This document shows positions 57,218-63,459 of a stretch of DNA of 63,459 bases, piece by piece. Each line of letters opens with the position of its first letter. Position 1 is the stretch's first letter. The DNA is taken from the IMG/VR virus record IMGVR_UViG_3300027581_000001; one strand, given 5' to 3'. The translations under genes were made by a program, and so were the position numbers. The notes under the pieces are model-generated. The model worked only from the letters and a program-made list of their open reading frames with translations. It was not told the origin of the DNA and ran no database searches. The DNA is from an uncultured virus (IMG/VR IMGVR_UViG_3300027581_000001). Lineage: Duplodnaviria > Heunggongvirae > Uroviricota > Caudoviricetes > Kyanoviridae.

Positions 57218-59311
57218 TTAATATCCTGAAGAATATGATGGTCCAGAAGGTGCTGATGGTGCTGAAGATGTTGTAGATGAAGATGTTGTAGATGAAGATG
57301 TTGCAGATGAAGATGTTGTAAATGAAGATGAGGTTGAAAATGGTGTAGCAACTACCGCACCTGCAGCAACTCCCCCAATTTCATTTGTTGGACGAACTAA
57401 AAGACCATTTACATAACTTGAAGATTGAATATAACTGGATGCAGATGGATCAAGTCCTGAAGAAATACTATCAACAACCATTTCAAAAGTACTACTTCCA
57501 ATATCTAATTGCAAATATAAATCTTGTAATCCAATCACATCATTTGAATGAGGAGTTGTAGAAATTTCAAGAATTGTTTGTCCATCTTTTATTTTTCCTG
57601 CTTGAATATTTATTGGGTTTAAAGTTATTATACCTTTCTTATAATTTACATTACCTATATTTCTTCTTACTATTGTTGGAGTTGTTGAATTTATTGAGGG
57701 TATTGTAAATAAAAATAAAGATCCAACTTCTCTGTTTGTATTTGGAATATCTGAGATATAAACAATTTGTGAGGTAGATGATTCTCGAAACGCAGAAGAT
57801 TTAATGTTATAACCATTCATGCTATTAATATGAAACTCATTTCCAAAACCAATTTGATATTCAGTAAATGTGTTTAGTACAACTCTTAAATCTCTCCTCA
57901 TCTGTATTGTTGTAATATTTGAAGTTACTGCATCACTACTTTCATCAATAATTTTTAAGAATTTACTATATTTAAATCTTGCTCCGTACTTATTCAACTC
58001 AGTTGACTCTGCATATTTTTTAGTGTTATTTTGAATGATACTTGATACATATTCAGCACTTGGTGCAAAATTAGTATTGTAATAAACTTTGGAATTTATT
58101 TCAAGATAAATATATTTTAAATCTAAAATCTCAGGAACAATCCCTGCAACCGCATATTTTTTAAGATCACGTTTGATATTTTCTTTAACTAAATTTGGTA
58201 AAAAATCACCTGATCTTGGTTTAATACTTATAAAGACTTTACCATATTGTGGTGGAATTAAATCTTCTCCACCAAATACCGAAATAGATTCAGTTTCTTC
58301 ATAAATTTTTGCAGGAATTAATGTTTCATAATCGTTTGCCGTAAGTGCTCTATTTTGAGATGCATATATTCTTGGAGCATATCTTTTAATGGATTCTATT
58401 GGCTCAATATTTTCTCCACCTGATGCAATTAATCCAGTGGTTAACAATGAAATTCCTGAAGTAACTGTGTATTCTATAGAGTTTCGATTGTATGTAATTC
58501 TTCCTGCAAATGTAAATTGACTTATGCCATTTGCACTATCACCATTTGAAGTGATGTATCCAACTTCAATAAAGTTTCCCTCTTCAAGTTTCTTGCCAAA
58601 AATTCCATCACCAAAAATAAGTTCATATCTTTCATCTTCAATTTCTTGTAGAAAGAAAACTTTAGAGTCTTGATTGATTTGAAAAAGACTATCTTGACGA
58701 TTATATTTTGTTGAACTTGTACTCTGTTCATTAGTTTTTATTAATACAGAAATCAAATCAGTATCAATACCACTATTTGGTAAAATAAATCTTTGATTTA
58801 GATTTCTAGAACTATAAGTAAAATTATTTACTAAACGATTTCCTTGATAAACCTTAAGATTATTAAAAGTTGCTATATTATTAAAGACCGGAACCGTTAT
58901 ATCTTCTAAAATACAGAACACATAGGACTGATTACCAAAGTCACCCGCAGTGCTTGCTACAGTCCCTTTATGGAGGGTTAGAGAGGATGGTACGGGTGTT
59001 ATGCTAGATGTATCGACAAAGAAGCTTACTGTTGCTTGTGCTGCTTTTCTTGAACGTGGGATATATCCAATATTTCTTGCAAGTGCTACGACATTTTCTC
59101 TAAGAGTAGCACTATCAATAAAAACTTCATTTGCCACCATATTTGCATTATATGATGTGATGTAGGTGTTATATGCCAACACATCAAGAATAGACGATAG
59201 ATTAGATCCTTCAAAATCATAATCCGTGAAATTAGAATTAGATTTTAAATAATCTCTAAGACTGGTTTTTATCTGATCGAAATCTAGATTTGAAAAATTT
59301 GCTAATGGCAT
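57218..59311 (-). CDS. gp6: Baseplate wedge subunit
   Basis: LDFDQIK..L, FTDYDFEGS, LAYNTY, FGDG..G, QNRALTA.DY. Confidence 0.95.
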   Translation of the reverse strand: MPLANFSNLDFDQIKTSLRDYLKSNSNFTDYDFEGSNLSSILDVLAYNTYITSYNANMVANEVFIDSATLRENVVALARNIGYIPRSRKAAQATVSFFVDTSSITPVPSSLTLHKGTVASTAGDFGNQSYVFCILEDITVPVFNNIATFNNLKVYQGNRLVNNFTYSSRNLNQRFILPNSGIDTDLISVLIKTNEQSTSSTKYNRQDSLFQINQDSKVFFLQEIEDERYELIFGDGIFGKKLEEGNFIEVGYITSNGDSANGISQFTFAGRITYNRNSIEYTVTSGISLLTTGLIASGGENIEPIESIKRYAPRIYASQNRALTANDYETLIPAKIYEETESISVFGGEDLIPPQYGKVFISIKPRSGDFLPNLVKENIKRDLKKYAVAGIVPEILDLKYIYLEINSKVYYNTNFAPSAEYVSSIIQNNTKKYAESTELNKYGARFKYSKFLKIIDESSDAVTSNITTIQMRRDLRVVLNTFTEYQIGFGNEFHINSMNGYNIKSSAFRESSTSQIVYISDIPNTNREVGSLFLFTIPSINSTTPTIVRRNIGNVNYKKGIITLNPINIQAGKIKDGQTILEISTTPHSNDVIGLQDLYLQLDIGSSTFEMVVDSISSGLDPSASSYIQSSSYVNGLLVRPTNEIGGVAAGAVVATPFSTSSSFTTSSSATSSSTTSSSTTSSAPSAPSGPSYSSGY
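57263..57330. repeat. 15-bp tandem repeat (tgaagatgttgtaga, about 4.5 copies) encoding the gp6 Ser/Thr tail
   Basis: Directly visible. Confidence 0.85.
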
Positions 59312-59713
59312 TTATCTTGTTGGTTGCAAAACGAACTCTAATTGTTGTGCTGGAATATCGGCACCAACGACATTATAAACAATAACTACATTAAAACCAT
59401 TATTATCATAATCAGGAATAGTTTTAACATCAATTAATATTACTCTTGTTTCAAAGTTATTAATTGAATTTTTAATTTCGTCTCTAATAATTGATGCAGA
59501 AATTTGATCAACATTTTCAAATAATGATCTGGATATTTTAGAACCAAAATTTTCATTAAAGAATTTTTCACCGGGAAGGGTAAATACAATATTTCGTATT
59601 GAACGAGCAATTGCAGATTCATTTTTAAGGGCAATCAGATCACTATTTAGAGGGTTACTCTGAAATGTCATACTGATGTCTTTAAAACCTTGACTTACCC
59701 TTTCTAAAGGCAT
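59312..59713 (-). CDS. gp25: Baseplate wedge subunit gp25
   Basis: FKDIS, AI.RSIRN.V.T.PGEK.F...FGS, I.NFE.RV. Confidence 0.93.
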   Translation of the reverse strand: MPLERVSQGFKDISMTFQSNPLNSDLIALKNESAIARSIRNIVFTLPGEKFFNENFGSKISRSLFENVDQISASIIRDEIKNSINNFETRVILIDVKTIPDYDNNGFNVVIVYNVVGADIPAQQLEFVLQPTR

Positions 59714-59732
59714 TGATTATTACAATTCTATC

Positions 59733-59981
59733 TTATTTATCAAGGATTTTTGACTCATAAAGTGGTTCAGTTCCATATTCCCAATCATCGTAATCATTAT
59801 CATTGCGAATTCTTTCGTGAATTTCGTTTTGTGTAGCAAAATCGTGTTTTTTGGGGGTTAAAACATCATCTGCAATCTCACGAAGCATTTTTGGTGGTTT
59901 TACCGTGTAATCCGTGATTAATTTTGTAGTTCCCCACACTTCTTTCATGTAATCCTTGTCTCTATCCGATGGTTGTCCCAT
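59733..59981 (-). CDS. Hypothetical protein
   Basis: ORF track; AGGAG RBS. Confidence 0.7.
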   Translation of the reverse strand: MGQPSDRDKDYMKEVWGTTKLITDYTVKPPKMLREIADDVLTPKKHDFATQNEIHERIRNDNDYDDWEYGTEPLYESKILDK

Positions 59982-60675
59982 GTTTTTGCTCCTGATTGGT
60001 TAAATCAGAACTTTTTTCGGGGTTGCTATCCCGTTCTTGTGCAGTTTTCCAAAAATATTCGTCTTCATTACCCATTGCAAGACGTTCATAACTATTTTCA
60101 ACTTGATAGTACCTTGTAGATACCTTAAAATCGGGTGTTTTGGGGTTTTTTGGTGTTAAACTGTTATCATATATACGAATTCTGTTGTTTGGGTAGAGTG
60201 CATACTGTCCATTATATAGTTCAATAAGATTAAATGACTTATGTTCTGCAGGATTCTCCGAAGTTGTATAGTCAATTACATTTGAGTCTTGATGATAGTT
60301 GTCTAAAGTGCAAATGTAAGTACCTTTCTGAGGTCCATGATCTCTTGTGTAGCATTCATAGTCCATAGAAGCAATAAAGTGCTTACGAATGGATACTACA
60401 CCATAATCCATGCAGTTCCAGAATTGTAAGTTAGGTAAATCCATATCAGGACTCGGAGTTTCTGGACGAGATACGAACGCGCTGATGGGTAGTTTGTCAT
60501 ACATTGCTGCATACTCTGGTAAGTATGTCTCAAAATAAAAAGTGCGCCCAGGTATCGATTTTGCCGATACCCAAACGCCTTTTACAAACTCTTCAAACCC
60601 ACTCTGATGATCAGTTAAGTATTCTTTACGAACCCAAATTTCTTTAGATGGTAAATTAACAATTAAACATGACAT
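59962..60675 (-). CDS. Conserved phage hypothetical protein
   Basis: ORF track; motifs VRKEYL, YDKLPISAF and YPNNR. Confidence 0.8.
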   Translation of the reverse strand: MSCLIVNLPSKEIWVRKEYLTDHQSGFEEFVKGVWVSAKSIPGRTFYFETYLPEYAAMYDKLPISAFVSRPETPSPDMDLPNLQFWNCMDYGVVSIRKHFIASMDYECYTRDHGPQKGTYICTLDNYHQDSNVIDYTTSENPAEHKSFNLIELYNGQYALYPNNRIRIYDNSLTPKNPKTPDFKVSTRYYQVENSYERLAMGNEDEYFWKTAQERDSNPEKSSDLTNQEQKHGTTIG

Positions 60676-60704
60676 ACTATTAAGTTATGCATCTTTAATT
60701 CTAT

Positions 60705-60791
60705 TTAACCTTTCCCTTGTTCTCGATATTTTTTTGTTTTTCATTACGAGACGTTGCCGAAACGAGATTTTTTTGATAATCCCGAAGACAT
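60705..60791 (-). pseudogene. Possible frameshifted remnant of a small basic protein gene
   Basis: MSSGLSKK, SATSRNEKQK and YREQGKG* lie in shifting frames separated by A7 runs. Confidence 0.35.
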
Positions 60792-60804
60792 TATTTCTCT
60801 AAGT

Positions 60805-61578
60805 TTAAATAATACGAGTTTTTTCATGTCCGACACGAATCCGCGGATCGCACCAGATATCATATCCTTTCTCAATGGCATCAAGACAGAATGAAACATC
60901 TTCTCCACACATATCCTGAACTGCACCAGATTCAAAGACTTGCATCTTAGGAGCAAACCAAGGATACTCAAGATTTTCAAAAACACCCTTCTTAATGAGA
61001 ACCCAACCAAATCCAGTGTAATCAACTGTGAAAGGCTTCTTACGCTTACTAATTGATTCAATGGTTTCGTGATTCATAACTCCACCATTTTTGCGGAAGT
61101 CATCTTCCTCTAACCAGTGTGCGACAGAGGTTGTGTGACCATCTTCTGTGGCATACCATCCACCAACGATCTCTTTGTCCACTCCTTCATTATTCAGTGC
61201 TAAATCACAAAGTTGCCAGAACTTGTTAGAATCAAAGACAATATCCGAGTCAATCCATAGTTGATAATCATATTGTAATTTACCATCCCAAGGAAGTTGC
61301 TTAGGACCTCGTAATACATTTGCACCTAAACACTTACAACGTGCAAAGTTTACCATTGATGAGTAATCTTGTGAGATTTGAATACTCATTCCATTTTGTA
61401 CAATATCAAAACAAAGTTGTACAAATGCTTTTAAAAAGATATAAGAACATCCTCTGCCAGGTAAACAGAAAACAATAGACTTTCCTTTCATTCTTTCTTT
61501 AATTGCACCATAGTCCCAATCTTCTGTTGGTGCTGATGCTCGTGGTGCTGCTGCCTTTACAGTGAATCCTTTTGCCAT
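60805..61578 (-). CDS. GT-A fold glycosyltransferase-like protein
   Basis: V.FAR, LWIDSD (DxD), G.G..LIK..VF, GEDVSFC and VGHEK. Confidence 0.8.
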   Translation of the reverse strand: MAKGFTVKAAAPRASAPTEDWDYGAIKERMKGKSIVFCLPGRGCSYIFLKAFVQLCFDIVQNGMSIQISQDYSSMVNFARCKCLGANVLRGPKQLPWDGKLQYDYQLWIDSDIVFDSNKFWQLCDLALNNEGVDKEIVGGWYATEDGHTTSVAHWLEEDDFRKNGGVMNHETIESISKRKKPFTVDYTGFGWVLIKKGVFENLEYPWFAPKMQVFESGAVQDMCGEDVSFCLDAIEKGYDIWCDPRIRVGHEKTRII

Positions 61579-61627
61579 AAGTTTTTACGAATCTTTAGGT
61601 TAATTTTATCAGTTATATAGAATTTTG

Positions 61628-61819
61628 TCAATGCGAAGAATTTAAGATTGCCTCTTTGTTTATGATTAATTCTTCGTATGAAAGATCCTTTGCAGTATAA
61701 TCAGTTTTCATCAAACCAATCATATTGTTTAATGTATTCCAGGTAATTTTAAATTCTTCTTCTTTAATAGAATGAAACAAACATTTGTTTTTTGCGTATA
61801 TGTGATATATTTTTTCCAT
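61628..61819 (-). CDS. Hypothetical protein (63 aa)
   Basis: ORF track. Confidence 0.7.
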   Translation of the reverse strand: MEKIYHIYAKNKCLFHSIKEEEFKITWNTLNNMIGLMKTDYTAKDLSYEELIINKEAILNSSH

Positions 61820-61861
61820 ATTTTGTGAAAATTTTTTACCGGAAATTTTTTTAATAGTAAT

Positions 61862-62018
61862 TTATCTCACTATCGCATTATATATCAGTGTTACTAAGAA
61901 CACAATATGAACTCACATAATCTTATAATACATTATCGTCCATCCTATAAGTACAACTCTTCAGAAGTTACAGTAGGGGGGACCTTCTTGTTCTGAGAGG
62001 GGTTTTGTGAGTTTTCAT
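61862..62018 (-). pseudogene. Degenerate small membrane-protein gene
   Basis: MKTHKTPLRTRRSP, then one extra base in a C6 run, then YCNF*RVVLIGWTIMYYKIM*VHIVFLVTLIYNAIVR*. Confidence 0.4.
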
Positions 62019-62161
62019 ACCTGGGGGAAATATTTTTTGATCTTTATATTTACAGGTCGATTTGTCACCTCTGTAGGTTAGGGTAGTGGTTCGTTTTTAA
62101 TAACGCCCCCCGGACCGCAACGCCCCCTAGGGCAAAACACTGCTCCTAGGGTATACTGCCA

Positions 62162-62190
62162 ATTCTAACATAGGTGCTCCCCAGTGTCAA
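62162..62190 (-). promoter_or_regulatory. sigma70-type promoter TTGACA-17-TAGAAT with the -35 inside an inverted repeat
   Basis: Directly visible; flanked by TGCTCCC/GGGAGCA. Confidence 0.75.
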
Positions 62191-62211
62191 CCAGGGAGCA
62201 TACAGTAAGTA

Positions 62212-62352
62212 TCAATATTGAGTGTTATATACCTCAGCACAATTATCAATATTCTCCTCAACAATGCTCTCTACAAGCATATCAAGAATCGTCAAGATTT
62301 CGGTAGCAGTGTTACCTTGTGCCAACAAAGAAAGAATCACAGACTTAGACAT
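62212..62352 (-). CDS. Small hypothetical protein (46 aa)
   Basis: MSKSVILSLLAQGNTATEILTILDMLVESIVEENIDNCAEVYNTQY*. Confidence 0.6.
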   Translation of the reverse strand: MSKSVILSLLAQGNTATEILTILDMLVESIVEENIDNCAEVYNTQY

Positions 62353-62388
62353 AATAAAAAAAGAAAGTTGAGTTAACTGTTTGAGTGG

Positions 62389-62422
62389 TGAGTGTCTTTA
62401 TAGAGGCGCATCTCATTCCTCT
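62389..62422 (-). ncRNA. Candidate H-type pseudoknot leader (preQ1-I-like architecture)
   Basis: AGAGG-aaUGAGaugcg-CCUCU-AUAAAgaca-CUCA. Confidence 0.4.
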
Positions 62423-62454
62423 TGATTGTTACTTAGAAATCGAACACATCAGAG

Positions 62455-62634
62455 TTAGTTCACATCACCTAATGCGGTTAATTTAGTGCTCTGATTAATG
62501 CTGCGAGACCCTGCCCCAGTGCGCACTCTGGTGCTGCCACCTTTAATCCGGTCAGTCCATCGCAGTGTAGCAGAACCATGAGCAACAGGCAGTCGGGTGA
62601 TGGTGAATTGAATGCCGTCGATTGTGGTGATCAT
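62455..62634 (-). CDS. Small GC-rich hypothetical protein (59 aa)
   Basis: MITTIDGIQFTITRLPVAHGSATLRWTDRIKGGSTRVRTGAGSRSINQSTKLTALGDVN*. Confidence 0.55.
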   Translation of the reverse strand: MITTIDGIQFTITRLPVAHGSATLRWTDRIKGGSTRVRTGAGSRSINQSTKLTALGDVN

Positions 62635-62695
62635 GGCAGGGAGTGCAGTGCTTATACTACTGGTACACTTTGAAGGACCCAGAGGTCCTCATCTC

Positions 62696-62869
62696 CTACC
62701 AACTATCAGGTGCATTTAAGTCCTCGACATATGCCTCGCAATGTTCTGCTGGTTCTAACTTAAATACTTTTGTCCAGTCCAAATTGTGTGGGTCAAAGTC
62801 ATTTAGAACATCAAGTTCCAATGTCACTCTATACTTGTGCTTCTGTGCCTGGGAATACGCAACCGACAT
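62696..62869 (-). CDS. Small hypothetical protein (57 aa)
   Basis: MSVAYSQAQKHKYRVTLELDVLNDFDPHNLDWTKVFKLEPAEHCEAYVEDLNAPDSW*; GGAG RBS and its own promoter. Confidence 0.75.
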   Translation of the reverse strand: MSVAYSQAQKHKYRVTLELDVLNDFDPHNLDWTKVFKLEPAEHCEAYVEDLNAPDSW

Positions 62870-62896
62870 AATAGTGCTCCATTGATGTATGTGTAC

Positions 62897-62925
62897 AGTA
62901 TAAGATGCTTGCCAGTCATTGTCAA
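62897..62925 (-). promoter_or_regulatory. sigma70-type early promoter TTGACA-17-TATACT
   Basis: Directly visible upstream of the 57-aa ORF; TATAAATA also at 62938-62945. Confidence 0.8.
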
Positions 62926-62997
62926 GTGTCTTGGGGGTATTTATAAGATATTCATATGTTTTTTAGAGTATTTGTCAGATTTTGTAATCCTGGGGGG

Positions 62998-63026
62998 TTG
63001 ACAAATTGCGTTCCTTTGTGTATGCT
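62998..63026 (+). promoter_or_regulatory. sigma70-type promoter TTGACA-17-TATGCT facing an ORF-free region
   Basis: Directly visible, with TG extended -10. Confidence 0.55.
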
Positions 63027-63087
63027 TGCTAAGATCACAAGGATCTGGCAGGTTTATAAGATTTAGAGAGCATTAATACCCTCAATT

Positions 63088-63138
63088 ATTCTCAATAAGA
63101 CTCCTTATTGATTCTCAATAACAACAAATATTCTCAAC
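63088..63138. repeat. ATTCTCAA(TAA) x3 with palindrome TTATTGA-TTC-TCAATAA
   Basis: Copies at 63088, 63111 and 63130. Confidence 0.7.
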
Positions 63139-63224
63139 AGATAACTCACACATATACATTAATTAACACATTTAATAATCTAATCATTTTTAATACTTTT
63201 TCACCTTATTTGAGTTAAAAACAT

Positions 63225-63258
63225 AAAAAAAGAGAGAAGGATTACCAGTCCCTCTCTA
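63225..63258 (-). terminator. Rho-independent terminator
   Basis: AGAGAGGGA-ctggtaa-TCCTTCTCTCT followed by a T run. Confidence 0.7.
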
Positions 63259-63352
63259 TTAACCAACCTATCCACATTTAGAAAATTATCTATACTTTAC
63301 AGAGTCACTTTTGTTTGTTGTGATGAGGCAAAACTCCTTCCTCTATGTAATA

Positions 63353-63459
63353 CTAACTGTACGAGTAACCTACTGATTGTAACTTATCAAAGATAGTATC
63401 AATCTCAGGGTCATACTCTTCCTTTGACCTATTAGCAACCTCTTCTAAGTAATAGAGAA
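63353..63459 (-). CDS. 3' end of a hypothetical gene entering from the window end
   Basis: ...LYYLEEVANRSKEEYDPEIDTIFDKLQSVGYSYS*. Confidence 0.5.
   Translation of the reverse strand, partial: LYYLEEVANRSKEEYDPEIDTIFDKLQSVGYSYS

Noticed and set aside
57263..57330. CRISPR-like array
   Set aside because: Contiguous 15-bp tandem units without spacers, inside the gp6 coding sequence
60744..61061. 105-aa alternative-frame ORF
   Set aside because: Overlaps the glycosyltransferase-like gene out of frame; only its last codons coincide with the fragmented small ORF
62643..62885. 80-aa plus-strand ORF
   Set aside because: The opposite strand carries a 57-aa ORF with an RBS and a consensus promoter, which explains the region better
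1..63459. Introns, inteins, homing endonucleases, tRNAs, alternative genetic code
   Set aside because: Core genes (gp17, gp20, gp23, gp46, uvsW) are uninterrupted and of ordinary length, all three stop codons end genes, and no cloverleaf was recognised by eye; tRNAscan was not run

Overview
A 63.5-kb, AT-rich segment of a T4-like myophage. Gene content and order are those of cyanophage-type T4-likes, so a cyanobacterial host is an inference. Almost all real genes lie on the minus strand. Read in the coding direction (right to left), the window holds: (1) a promoter-dense region of tiny ORFs; (2) a glycosyltransferase-like gene; (3) baseplate gp25, gp6, a 4247-aa gp7-like protein, gp8 and a 2776-aa virion protein; (4) neck gp13/gp14, gp15, terminase gp16/gp17, tail sheath and tube, portal, prohead protease, scaffold, major capsid and gp3; (5) uvsY, uvsW, late sigma gp55 and gp47/gp46; (6) a vWA-metallopeptidase plus CobS/MoxR ATPase pair; (7) gp45, gp44, a Dam-like methylase, gp62, regA, hsp20 and the 5' part of DNA polymerase gp43. 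I saw no tRNA, CRISPR array, intron, intein or transposase. The most notable observations are a 57-aa NblA-like ORF missed by the ORF track, a ROSE-like thermometer ahead of hsp20, a preQ1-I-like pseudoknot, a candidate R-loop origin, a perfect antisense sigma70 promoter back-to-back with the gp55 promoter, a shared dyad promoter motif and a repeat-flanked two-gene cassette. All family assignments come from motif recognition and synteny; no database search was run.
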